A DNA stretch of 29,139 bases from Thermodesulfobacteriota bacterium. GTDB lineage: Bacteria > Desulfobacterota > Desulfobacteria > Desulfobacterales > SURF-7. The notes beneath the pieces were generated by a model. It made no database searches. It saw only the letters and a list, made by a program, of their open reading frames with translations, and was not told the origin of the DNA. Within the stretch, counting starts at the first letter, position 1. Every line of letters starts with the position of its first letter. Location: the NCBI GenBank assembly GCA_049320885.1, contig JBMORA010000008.1, forward strand, positions 1 to 29,139, given 5' to 3'. A program made the translations under genes and the position numbers. Positions 1-10,171 of this stretch are shown in pieces.

Positions 1-120
1 CGGTCGGGCCTGAGGTCGGAAGCCTCCGGCGAACGTTTCGCTTGGTAGCAGTTCCATCCATCATGATCGGATCACATTGTTTTTACAGTACTATGCGAGC
101 CTCTACCGCCGTCAGGCTTA

Positions 121-140
121 ATGTAACATATATTATAGAA
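121..140 (-). mobile_element. attI: Candidate integron attI core site (minus strand TTCTATAATATAT-GTT-ACAT)
   Basis: A GTT core preceded by a TAAT L-box-like element, upstream of intI and facing away from it. It lies at the boundary between the AT-rich intI upstream region and more GC-rich sequence at 1-120. The bases after GTT (ACAT) do not fit the RRRY consensus. Confidence 0.4.
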
Positions 141-238
141 GGTAATCACTCCATATCAAGATATCGACTTTACCATAACACTTTAAATAAAAAGATAAAA
201 ACATTATCTTTTCGGCCATATTGAACACAAAGTTGAGG

Positions 239-294
239 GAAATCGCTAAATAACACCGGAAATCCCAGGATATGAAGCGAAATCGCGCAATAAC
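239..294. repeat. Periodic direct repeats upstream of intI
   Basis: GAAATCGCTAAATAAC (239-254) and GAAATCGCGCAATAAC (279-294), 14/16 identical, with a third GAAATC at 259. GAAATC therefore recurs every 20 bp. Confidence 0.7.
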
Positions 295-306
295 GCAAAA
301 AAGATG

Positions 307-345
307 TTGACAAACATTATCGATTATGTTTATTTATATAAACAG
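307..345 (+). promoter_or_regulatory. Putative intI promoter (-35 TTGACA) with an overlapping palindromic operator
   Basis: TTGACA at 307-312. The AT-rich -10 region is overlapped by the palindrome TGTTTAT-TTAT-ATAAACA (327-344). Confidence 0.45.
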
Positions 346-446
346 CGCCATGCCGTCAATTATCGTTATGATCTATTTAATTTGTTAATACAAAAGCATT
401 TTCAAGTCAAATCCTTTCATTAACAGGCGGGCGTGAGGAGAAACTC

Positions 447-1433
447 ATGGAAAAACGGCCGGTTAAATTGCTGGACCAGGTTCGGGACCTCATTCGGGTC
501 AGACATCTATCCATCCGAACGGAAGAAGCGTATGTCTCTTGGATCAAGCGTTTCATATATTTCCATGACAAGCGGCATCCAAAAGAAATGGGTCTCAAGG
601 AAATCGAAGCGTTTCTAACGGATCTGGCGGTAAAAAGGAAAGTGGCGGCCTCCACCCAGAACCAGGCGCTCAATGCGCTTTTATTCCTGTATTCGCAGGT
701 GTTGCAGATCGAATTCCCTGACAATATCAATTCCATCCGGGCCAAACGGCCGGAGAAGCGCCCGGTGGTTTTATCGGAAAACGAAATGATGGCCGTCATC
801 AATGCCATGTCCGGCGAATATCAATTGATGGGGAAAATATTATATGGCGCCGGTCTGCGCGGCATTGAATGCGCCAGGCTGCGGGTCAAGGACATTGATT
901 TTGAGTTGAATGAAATCATGGTGCGCGACGGGAAAGGCAGCAAGGACCGGGTCACCATGCTGCCCGAGGATATCAAACCGTTTTTGAAAGCCCACCTGCA
1001 TCTGCGCAAGCAAATCCATGAAAAAGATCTGGCGGAAGGAGGAGGCGCCGTGTACCTGCCATTTGCCCTGGATCGAAAATACCCCAACGCCGATCGGGCA
1101 TGGGGCTGGCAATATATCTTTGCATCCAAATCGATTTCCACCGATCCACGATCGGGCGCGCGCAGACGCCATCACATTCATTTATCCTGTCTCAATACCG
1201 CCATTCGCCAAGCGGTCAAACTGGCCCGGATTCACAAACCGGTCAGCAGCCACGTGTTTCGCCACAGCTTTGCGACACACCTGCTGATGAGCGGTTACGA
1301 TATCCGCACGGTTCAGGAATTGCTCGGACACAAGGATGTCAGCACCACGATGATTTACACCCATGTGCTGAACAAAGGCGGAAAGGCCGTGATCAGCCCG
1401 CTGGATCGCCAGCAGGCAGCGGGTTTGTGTTAA
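447..1433 (+). CDS. intI: Integron integrase (tyrosine recombinase, IntI family)
   Basis: N-terminal LLDQVR..IR.RH.S.RTEEAY and [17 protein letters not shown]. Catalytic motifs [22 protein letters not shown] and [16 protein letters not shown]. Integron-specific insertion [30 protein letters not shown] upstream. Confidence 0.96.
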   Translation: MEKRPVKLLDQVRDLIRVRHLSIRTEEAYVSWIKRFIYFHDKRHPKEMGLKEIEAFLTDLAVKRKVAASTQNQALNALLFLYSQVLQIEFPDNINSIRAKRPEKRPVVLSENEMMAVINAMSGEYQLMGKILYGAGLRGIECARLRVKDIDFELNEIMVRDGKGSKDRVTMLPEDIKPFLKAHLHLRKQIHEKDLAEGGGAVYLPFALDRKYPNADRAWGWQYIFASKSISTDPRSGARRRHHIHLSCLNTAIRQAVKLARIHKPVSSHVFRHSFATHLLMSGYDIRTVQELLGHKDVSTTMIYTHVLNKGGKAVISPLDRQQAAGLC

Positions 1434-1643
1434 TGTAAATAAACAGTTTTGGCACGGAATAGGGACTTGTTGCCATTAGGGCCGGGAATTGGCTGAGATA
1501 TTTTTCTGCCGGAATTCTGATGTCCATCATACCGACGGCCATAATGGGTAAATACACATCCCACTCGCTCCATTTCACGGATCAATTTTTAAATTGAATG
1601 CAAGAAACTACTATTTATAATAATACGCATCAGTTACCCCGCC

Positions 1644-2774
<1,131 letters not shown>

Positions 2775-3052
2775 CGGATTTTTCCTGTCGCTAATCTCCG
2801 TCAATCGATCTCAATTCCGGCTTTCCCCGGAACGACGAGCCTTGGTACGATTATTTTTCTTAGTAATAACAGGGAGCGTTATTCGTTGCAATACCGGATT
2901 TTTCACGGACATATCGGTTTGAGACGATTGCGCTGGGGAATTGCATGGAAAGGGACTTATTACCATTTCATCCAGATTGTTTCGTGTTACATCTGCGTCA
3001 TCTGCGGATTGTCCGTTTGTTGCCCTCCGATTTTTCTATCCGCCGATCCCGC

Positions 3053-3523
3053 CTAGAATGTTGGTTTCAGCCAGTTTTTTATCATTACACCCAGGTTTGG
3101 TTTCCGGCTATTTGACGAAGCCGTCTCCGGCCGGTGAAACCGATGCTCCGCTATGGGGCATTCGGACAGCGGCGCATGCCCCGTATCATTTTCTTGTCCA
3201 AAGATGACGCCGGTGAGCGTCCGCAAATGCGGTGTCTCCAAAAACAGCCGCCGTTCCTCGGAAGTCGTCAGGTTTTCCCGTTTTGCCTGGGTTGCGGCGA
3301 CCAGGAGAAACGTGTTCACCGCCGCCGCCACCGCCTGATCGCCCTCCGGGGACGCCATGCCATAAGTCACCGGCAGGCGATGAAGGGAATGCCCGCCGAT
3401 AAAATAATACCGGATGGTTTCCGCCACCAGGGCCCGCACCCGGGGGTCATTGATCTCCCGGTGCTGCTCTTCAATCCGCGTAAGCGAGATATGCAGCCGT
3501 AAAAAAACGTCCCGCAAGGTCAT
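3053..3523 (-). CDS. Hypothetical protein (last gene of the Hsp20/J-protein run)
   Basis: 156-aa ORF, co-oriented and 36 bp after the J-protein gene. No recognisable motif. Confidence 0.55.
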   Translation of the reverse strand: MTLRDVFLRLHISLTRIEEQHREINDPRVRALVAETIRYYFIGGHSLHRLPVTYGMASPEGDQAVAAAVNTFLLVAATQAKRENLTTSEERRLFLETPHLRTLTGVIFGQENDTGHAPLSECPIAEHRFHRPETASSNSRKPNLGVMIKNWLKPTF

Positions 3524-3558
3524 GACGATTTCACATCATAATGGATAGCATTTCTCCC

Positions 3559-4248
3559 TCATTCGCCGGTGCGGCGAAACAAGACCGTCAGGACCGTGTT
3601 GCGGATACCGAACCGATCCAGCGGCACCATGACGGCATGATCCCGTGTGAGGCCCGGGGGAAAGGAAATGGAAACCGGCACCTCGCCGCTCATGGCCCCT
3701 TCGCCGGCGCAGCGGGTGCAGGTGAAGGGGCCGATTTCACCATACCCATGGCAGACGGGACAGACCGCCCTGGCCGGAACCATCACCCGGGCGTTTCCGC
3801 CGCGGCGGGCCTGATCCTCCGTCAAGGGCACTTCCAGGGTCAATTGCTGAACCCGGCCGGATTTAGGGGGCGTCACGCTGGAAAAATTGTTCCACAGCCA
3901 ATCGAAAATTTCATCAAATGAGGGGGTAAACCGTTCGAAAGAGCGCACCGGGGAAATATCCCCGAGATCCATGGTTCTGTCTTCCGGAATCAGCGGTTCG
4001 ACTTCCGTTTTACCGGAACGCCGGATGGGAATGTCCACCGCCGATCGCCGCAGGGAGCTTTCGTATTGATGTCTTCTCTGGACGTTGCCCAGCACCGAAT
4101 AGGCTTCCTGAATTTCGCGAAATACCGAGCTGCCGCCATAATAATGATCCGGATGAAACTCTTTGGCCAGCCGCCGGTACGCCGACCGGATTTCATCCTG
4201 GGTTGCGTTCGATGCAATACCTAAAATCGCATAATAGCTCTTGGCCAT
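3559..4248 (-). CDS. J-domain (DnaJ-like) co-chaperone with partial zinc finger
   Basis: N-terminal J domain (YYAILG...AYRRLAKEFHPD). Two CxxCxGxG motifs (CPVCHGYG, CTRCAGEG). RBS GGGAGG. Confidence 0.9.
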   Translation of the reverse strand: MAKSYYAILGIASNATQDEIRSAYRRLAKEFHPDHYYGGSSVFREIQEAYSVLGNVQRRHQYESSLRRSAVDIPIRRSGKTEVEPLIPEDRTMDLGDISPVRSFERFTPSFDEIFDWLWNNFSSVTPPKSGRVQQLTLEVPLTEDQARRGGNARVMVPARAVCPVCHGYGEIGPFTCTRCAGEGAMSGEVPVSISFPPGLTRDHAVMVPLDRFGIRNTVLTVLFRRTGE

Positions 4249-4383
4249 TGACGCCTCCCGTTGTCATCTGGATATCGTCCGCCGATGATGATTTGCCGGT
4301 AACCATCCTTTCCATGGAGAAACCGCGCCGCCATAAAGATGCCGGGGCCTGTCGCCGCCTGGACGAAAGCCCCGGCCGATTCC

Positions 4384-4788
4384 TTACGCCGCCTGCACGG
4401 TGATTTTACGCGGTGTCGCTTTTTCGACTTTGGGTAGGGTCAGCCGCAGGACGCCGTCTTCCAGTTTGGCCTCGATCCGGGCCTGGTCGATGGTGTCTGA
4501 CAGACTGAACTGCCTGGCGAATTGCCCGACTTCATATTCAATGACAATATCCTCTTCGTTGGGACCTTCATAAGGAGCCACTTCTCCCTTGATGGTCAAG
4601 GTATTGTCGCGCAGATCGATGGTGAGATGATCGGCCTTCACGCCGGGCATGTCCGCCAGCAGAACGATATTCGATTCGGTTTCGAAAATGTCCACTTCGG
4701 GCGAAAATACCGGCCCCGGCTTGGTTTGCTCCGCGGGGCTTGCCACCGCTTGTTTTTCTTTTACCTGAATTTCTTTGCTGTCCGTCAT
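4384..4788 (-). CDS. Hsp20/alpha-crystallin small heat-shock protein
   Basis: PEVDIFET..LLADMPGV...F.RQFSL...IEAKLEDGVLRLTLPK...PRKITV. RBS AGGAGG. Confidence 0.95.
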   Translation of the reverse strand: MTDSKEIQVKEKQAVASPAEQTKPGPVFSPEVDIFETESNIVLLADMPGVKADHLTIDLRDNTLTIKGEVAPYEGPNEEDIVIEYEVGQFARQFSLSDTIDQARIEAKLEDGVLRLTLPKVEKATPRKITVQAA

Positions 4789-4815
4789 GGCGCATCCCTC
4801 CTTTCCTGCTGGCTA

Positions 4816-5271
4816 TTATTTCACGGTGATCTGTTTGGGTTTGGCTTTTTCCGATTTGGGCAGCACCACTTTCAAAATCCCGTTGGAAAGACCGGCCGCC
4901 ACCTTTTCCGCATTGATCTCCCGGTCAAGGCTGATGACCCGGGAAAATTTTCCCGCCTCCCGCTCCCGTCGATGATATTTGGCCTTGCTGTCTTCCTCCT
5001 GAATTTTCCGTTCGCCGGCGATGGACACGGTGTTGCCGGTGGCCTGAATCTCCAGATCCGTGGCCTTCACGCCCGGCAGTTCGGCCCGGATATAATAATG
5101 GTCCTTGTCTTCCGTCAGGTTGAGCAGGGGGAAAACCCCCACGCTTCGCTGGGCCGTTCGGCCCATCAGGCTGCCGGACAGCAGGTCCAACTGCCGTCTC
5201 ATCCGATCGAATTCGTCAAAGGTATTCCCAAAACGCCAATCCGGCCATCCGAAATATCGTCTCAGTATCAT
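4816..5271 (-). CDS. Hsp20/alpha-crystallin small heat-shock protein
   Basis: FPLLNLTEDKDHYYIRAELPGV...RREREAGKFSR...NGILKVVLPK..KPKQITVK. RBS AGGAG. Confidence 0.95.
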   Translation of the reverse strand: MILRRYFGWPDWRFGNTFDEFDRMRRQLDLLSGSLMGRTAQRSVGVFPLLNLTEDKDHYYIRAELPGVKATDLEIQATGNTVSIAGERKIQEEDSKAKYHRREREAGKFSRVISLDREINAEKVAAGLSNGILKVVLPKSEKAKPKQITVK

Positions 5272-5331
5272 GGTGAAATCTCCTTTCCTTTGTTATGGGT
5301 TGCAATTAATATACAAATGAAAATCAATCCC

Positions 5332-5823
5332 CTACATGCTTTTAACCTCGATTTTCCTGGTTTCCGATTCCTTTACCTTTTTCAACTCGATGGTCAACAC
5401 GCCCTTTTTATAGGTAGCCTCCACCTTGGCGTCATCCACTTCGGCCGGCAGTTCCACGGTCCGCTGGTAGCATCCGTAACTGCGTTCGCTGCAAAAAAAG
5501 CCCTTGCCCTCGTCCTGGCTTTCCTGGCGTTTCTCGGCCTTGATTTTCAGCAGCCGGCCGTCCAGGGACACGTCGATATCCTTGGAATCCACGCCGGGCA
5601 TCTCCGCTTCCACGATGATTTTCTTTTTCTCCTCTCGCACGTCCAGACGGGGAAGCAGGCCCGCTGTATCCATCAAACCATCGGAAGTCATCCATCCGCG
5701 GGGAAACACGTTGTCAAAAAAACCATCCATCCGCTGTTGAAGCTCGTTGAAAGTATTCTCCGGCTGTCGGGAAACCATCTGGTTTTTTCTTTTCCAGGGA
5801 ATGAGTTCTGAAAAGCGTTTCAT
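5332..5823 (-). CDS. Hsp20/alpha-crystallin small heat-shock protein
   Basis: PRLDVRE..AEMPGV...ERSYG.YQRTVELP...ATYKKGVLTIEL...RKIEV. ATG at 5823 preceded by AGGAGG. Confidence 0.95.
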   Translation of the reverse strand: MKRFSELIPWKRKNQMVSRQPENTFNELQQRMDGFFDNVFPRGWMTSDGLMDTAGLLPRLDVREEKKKIIVEAEMPGVDSKDIDVSLDGRLLKIKAEKRQESQDEGKGFFCSERSYGCYQRTVELPAEVDDAKVEATYKKGVLTIELKKVKESETRKIEVKSM

Positions 5824-5864
5824 TGGTTGCACCTCCTTTGCCGATGATAATTCTTTTTTCAACT

Positions 5865-5894
5865 AAATTTTAAGAATGAATCGATGGGTGTCAA
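5865..5894 (-). promoter_or_regulatory. Promoter of the hsp20 cluster (TTGACA-N14-CTTAAAAT)
   Basis: TTGACA at 5894-5889 and TAAAAT at 5872-5867. Same layout as the grpE promoter. Confidence 0.6.
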
Positions 5895-6139
5895 TCCGTA
5901 TTTTTCATTTTTTTATCAAAAAATTCCTCGAATCCATGAGCTTCAAACCGGCCTGATCGCAGGTATCAGGAAGATTACAGGCGCCTAGAATGTTCCCCGT
6001 CCATTCTCGAATTTCATGGATAGCCACGGACCGAACGGCTGTATCATCAACAAAATATTTGAAAAATATATCGGATGGCTGTATGCTTTCCGCCAGAAGA
6101 GTCAGGACTGTCGGCAACGCCAACGATGGAATCCCAGGC

Positions 6140-6862
6140 ATGAACATGGACTCGCAATCCCTGCCCCAGAAAAGCCCCAAAAATTCCGCGACCGAGGAGC
6201 GCCGGCTCATCGAGGACTCGGTCCGGTTCATCAACGAAAAAGCCCAGGAGACTCTGTATAAGGGCGCCCTGGAAATCGGCAATTACATTTTAAAGCATTT
6301 TTTCAACGACGACATCGAACTGGCATCGTCCAAAAACCCTAAAAAACCGAAAAGTTATTCGGCCCTGTGCGCCCATGGGGATCTGTCCGTCCCTTACAGC
6401 ACGCTGACGGTGATGGTGCGTGTCGCCGCCCAGGAGCGGTTTTTACGGGAACACCGTATCGATATCGATCGTCTGGGATATACCCAAAAAGCGACCCTCA
6501 TCCGGCTGCACAACAACAAACAGAAACTGACCCTGGCCAGGAAATGCGTGGACGAGCAGCTGTCCACGAGACAACTGAATGAAATCGTACAAAAAACACA
6601 GAAAAAAATGCTCTCCGGCCGCAAGGAGGATCAGGAAGAAACCGCTTTTAAAAACATCATGAAGATCGAACAGTTGATCGGGCGATCGGAGAAAGCCGAA
6701 CTGGTGACCGATATCAACAAGATCCGCTCCATGCAGACAAAAACCCGCGAGGATTTGCGGCAAAAAGCCCGGGAGCTGCTGCAGGTCATGGCCCAGACCT
6801 CCAAGGACTGCCGCAAACTCATTAAAAACCTTGAAAAAGTGGAAAAAGAAAAATCCGTCTGA
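6140..6862 (+). CDS. Hypothetical helical protein (loosely resembles DUF1016-N/ParB-like HTH regions, with coiled-coil C-terminus)
   Basis: Long ORF with normal codon usage from about 6140. Segments ALEIGNYIL and LSTRQLNEIV. Start uncertain (the frame is open from 5990). Confidence 0.7.
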   Translation: MNMDSQSLPQKSPKNSATEERRLIEDSVRFINEKAQETLYKGALEIGNYILKHFFNDDIELASSKNPKKPKSYSALCAHGDLSVPYSTLTVMVRVAAQERFLREHRIDIDRLGYTQKATLIRLHNNKQKLTLARKCVDEQLSTRQLNEIVQKTQKKMLSGRKEDQEETAFKNIMKIEQLIGRSEKAELVTDINKIRSMQTKTREDLRQKARELLQVMAQTSKDCRKLIKNLEKVEKEKSV

Positions 6863-6883
6863 ATCCAATTAAGGAGGTGCCGC

Positions 6884-7072
6884 ATGAAAGTCAACGACTG
6901 GATCCATGTCATCGCCGGAAGTTTCATCCTGATCAGCCTGGGGCTCGGTGCCTGGGTGTCCCCCTACTGGTATCTGTTCACGGCGTTTGTCGGGCTGAAC
7001 CTGTTGCAATACGGCTTTTCCAAATTCTGCCCCATGGCCCTGATCTTGAAGAAATTGGGCGTCCAGGAATAA
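6884..7072 (+). CDS. DUF2892/YgaP-like small membrane protein
   Basis: IAGSFILISL..G...SPYWYLFTAFVGLNLLQYGFSKFCPM..ILKKLG. RBS AGGAGG. Confidence 0.88.
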   Translation: MKVNDWIHVIAGSFILISLGLGAWVSPYWYLFTAFVGLNLLQYGFSKFCPMALILKKLGVQE

Positions 7073-7082
7073 GCGACCTTGC

Positions 7083-9104
7083 ATGGAGGCGACTTCCGAT
7101 AAGCTCCGGCGGATGGTGGTGATATCGTCAGCCGTGCGGGAATTCATGGCGTTTCCAGGCTGCGAGGATATCGCCGTCACGGAAACGGACGATATCCGGC
7201 GCGAACTGAACCGCTTCTTGAAAGCGGAAGAGGGTCGGGTGCATTGCGTTCTTTTCCTGCATGTGGACGATTATCGTGATGTCGCGGCGGCGCTTCGCCT
7301 TCCAGCCTTTTCCCGGCTCGCCTGTCAGCTCATCGCCTTCGGTGATGAAAAAAACATGGCGGAACTGGAATTCGAAGCCCTTTCGGAGATCGCCGAATTC
7401 CGGCGTCACCCGCTGTCCGAAAAGGAATCTCGCTTCATCGTGCAGAAGTCCTTTGCCGTTCTCCAGGCCCTGCAGGGCAACCGGTCTCCCGAGGAACGGT
7501 CCCTGGCCATGCTGATGGACACCAGGAAAGACCAGGACGATCTGATCCATATCGGCAGGGCCCTGTCCAGCGAAAAGAATCCCGAAAAACTCCTGCGGTT
7601 GATCCTGCACCTGAGCAAACGAATCACCGGAGCCGACGCCGGCAGCATTTACCTGGTGGAAACCGGACCCGACGACGAGAAACGGCTGCGCTTCCAATAC
7701 GCGGAAACCTTTTCCCGCGCGATTCCGCTGGAGGAATTCCTTCTGCCCCTGAATACGGCATCCATCGCCGGCTATGTGGCGGTGACCGGCCGGGTTCTCA
7801 ACCTGCCGGACGCCTATGATCTGCCGCCCGACACGCCCTATTCCTATAACGACTCCTTCGACAGGCGCTATGGCTATCAATCCCGATCCATGCTGGTGGT
7901 GCCCATGAAAAACCATCTGGATGAGATCATCGGCGTGATCCAGCTGATCAACTGCAAGGAATCCGCGGACGGGCTCTGCCGTCATGGCGATGCGGCCTTC
8001 ACCATCACACTGGAGACACCAGGGGATTTTGCCGACCATGTGGTGCCCTTTCCTCCCCGGTATGACAGTCTGCTGGAAGCCGTAGCCGGCCAGGCGGCCA
8101 TCGCCATCGAAAACAACCGCATGATCCGCCAAATCCAGCACCAGTTCGAGGAATTCGTCAAGGCCGCGGTTGCCGCCATTGAATCCCGGGATCCGGCCAC
8201 ATCGGGCCATTCCTTCCGGGTGGCCGAGATCTGCACGGCCATGGCCCGCGCCATCAACGAAACCGATGACGGCAACCTCAAGGATTTTCATTTTTCGGAA
8301 GTCGAAATCAAGGAATTGGAACTGGCGGCCCTGCTGCATGATTTCGGCAAGGTGTATATCGACATTTCGATTTTTCAGAAGGCCAGGAAACTCCACCCCA
8401 AAGACTTTGAAAACCTGTCCCTGCGGCTCGATTATTTGTACCGGTTCCTGGAACTCCGCTATGCTGCCCGGGAAGCCGGGCTGACCAAATCCTTTTCCGG
8501 CAGCGAAGCCCCTGGCCGTCTGGAAACGGAAAGGAAAAACGCGCTCCGGCGGATCATCGAGATCAAAAACCTGCTCACCAGGATGAACGAGCCCGCGGTA
8601 GTGGAGGAAAATCCGGAGGAAACGCTGGCGGAAATCGCGGCGGAAATCGCGGCGCTGGATTGCATCGGCATGGAAGGGGACCGGATCAGCGTGCTATCGC
8701 CGGCGGACATTCTGAACCTGTCGGTACGCCGGGGAACCCTGAATGCCCTGGAACGGAAGGAAATCGAAAGTCACGTGGGCCACACTCACCGTTTCGTGAG
8801 CAAAATCCCCTGGCCGCCGGAATACCGGAACATTCCGGAAATCGCGCTCCGGCACCATGAAAAATTGGACGGCACGGGCTATCCGGACGGGATCCGGGGC
8901 GCGGCAAACATCCCGCTGCCTTCCCGGATCATGGCCGTGGCCGACATCTTCGACGCCCTCTCCGCCGGCGACCGTCCCTACAAGAAGGCCGTCCCCCTTG
9001 AACAAGTCCTGAAAATCCTCCGCCAGGAGGCGGAAAAAGGCGGCATTGACAAGGACTTGACGGAACTGTTCATCACGAAAAAAATCTACGCCCGGTATTT
9101 ATAA
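7083..9104 (+). CDS. GAF + HD-GYP domain cyclic-dinucleotide phosphodiesterase
   Basis: GAF domain (ADAGSIYL, SIAGYVA, SMLVVPM..IIGVIQLIN). Split HD-GYP domain (TSGHSFRVA, ALLHDFGK, HHEKLDGTGYP, ADIFDAL...RPYK). Confidence 0.92.
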   Translation: MEATSDKLRRMVVISSAVREFMAFPGCEDIAVTETDDIRRELNRFLKAEEGRVHCVLFLHVDDYRDVAAALRLPAFSRLACQLIAFGDEKNMAELEFEALSEIAEFRRHPLSEKESRFIVQKSFAVLQALQGNRSPEERSLAMLMDTRKDQDDLIHIGRALSSEKNPEKLLRLILHLSKRITGADAGSIYLVETGPDDEKRLRFQYAETFSRAIPLEEFLLPLNTASIAGYVAVTGRVLNLPDAYDLPPDTPYSYNDSFDRRYGYQSRSMLVVPMKNHLDEIIGVIQLINCKESADGLCRHGDAAFTITLETPGDFADHVVPFPPRYDSLLEAVAGQAAIAIENNRMIRQIQHQFEEFVKAAVAAIESRDPATSGHSFRVAEICTAMARAINETDDGNLKDFHFSEVEIKELELAALLHDFGKVYIDISIFQKARKLHPKDFENLSLRLDYLYRFLELRYAAREAGLTKSFSGSEAPGRLETERKNALRRIIEIKNLLTRMNEPAVVEENPEETLAEIAAEIAALDCIGMEGDRISVLSPADILNLSVRRGTLNALERKEIESHVGHTHRFVSKIPWPPEYRNIPEIALRHHEKLDGTGYPDGIRGAANIPLPSRIMAVADIFDALSAGDRPYKKAVPLEQVLKILRQEAEKGGIDKDLTELFITKKIYARYL

Positions 9105-10171
9105 TACGCCGCGCAGGTGCCTTCGCTGGACACCATGCAGGGCCCCACAGGCGTCATGGGCGTGCAGACCGTTTCATACAGGGCGCAATCCGGCGGAATT
9201 TTCAGGCCGGTCAGGATCTCCCCGCAGGCGCAGCCTTTCGGAGGGGCGGCCGCCGACAGATGGATACCGAAACGCAGCCTGGCGTCATGGCGCTCGAACA
9301 GCGGTCTTATCCGCAGGCCACTCAGGGGAATGACGCCGATGCCGCGCCAGTCGGCATCCGCCGGTTCGAAAACCCGGTCCATGACGGCCCGGGCCTTGGG
9401 ATTTCCCGCCGCCGTCACGGCCCGGGGATAGGCGTTTTCCACCCGGGCCTCCTCCCCGGATCCGATCTGCCGGACCAGCAGCCAGATCGCCTGCAGAATG
9501 TCCGCCGGCTCGAACCCGGCTACGACGCAGGGCACGCCGTATTGTTTCACGAAAGAACGATAGGCGTCGGCGCCGATGATCACCGAGACGTGTCCCGGCA
9601 GCAGGAACCCGTCGATGCGGACGCCCCTGGTTTCCATCAGGGCGCAGAGGGCCGCCGGCACGGTTTTGTGGGCGCAGAAAACGGAAAAATTGTCCAGGCC
9701 GCTCTCCCGGGCCGCCAGAATGGCGGCAGCCACCGTGGGGGCCGTGGTCTCGAACCCGACCCCGAGAAAGACCACCGGGCGTCCCGGGTTTTCCCGGGCC
9801 ACGGTAAGGGCGTCGAAGGTGGAGTAGACGATTCGGATGTCCTTGCCTCCGGCGCGTTCCTGCTGCAGAGAGGACCCGCTGCCGGGAACGCGCATCAGAT
9901 CGCCGAAAGTGGTGATAATGACATCCGGCTGGGCCGCAAGGGAGACGAAAGCGTCGATTTCCGCCTGGGCGGTGACGCAGACCGGGCAACCCGGTCCGGA
10001 CAGCAGGGTGATGTCCCGGGGCAAAACGGACCGGATCCCGCTGCGGAAAATGGCCACCGTATGGGTTCCGCAGACCTCCATCAGGCGCAGCGGGCTGGTG
10101 AGTTCCCCGTTGATCCGCTGGATCAGTGATGCGGACACCTGTTTGTCCCGATATTCGGCCGCATGTTTCAT
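9086..10171 (-). CDS. hypD: Hydrogenase maturation protein HypD
   Basis: MEVCGTHT, GPGCPVCVT, GFETTAP, PGHVS and GPCMVSSEGTCAAYY motifs. Confidence 0.97.
   Translation of the reverse strand: MKHAAEYRDKQVSASLIQRINGELTSPLRLMEVCGTHTVAIFRSGIRSVLPRDITLLSGPGCPVCVTAQAEIDAFVSLAAQPDVIITTFGDLMRVPGSGSSLQQERAGGKDIRIVYSTFDALTVARENPGRPVVFLGVGFETTAPTVAAAILAARESGLDNFSVFCAHKTVPAALCALMETRGVRIDGFLLPGHVSVIIGADAYRSFVKQYGVPCVVAGFEPADILQAIWLLVRQIGSGEEARVENAYPRAVTAAGNPKARAVMDRVFEPADADWRGIGVIPLSGLRIRPLFERHDARLRFGIHLSAAAPPKGCACGEILTGLKIPPDCALYETVCTPMTPVGPCMVSSEGTCAAYYKYRA

Noticed and set aside
239..294. CRISPR array
   Set aside because: Only two or three short degenerate units, no spacer-length unique sequences and no cas genes.
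1393..1643. 61-aa ORF or an attC site downstream of intI
   Set aside because: There is no convincing RBS or motif, and no RYYYAAC...GTTRRRY pair with complementary arms.
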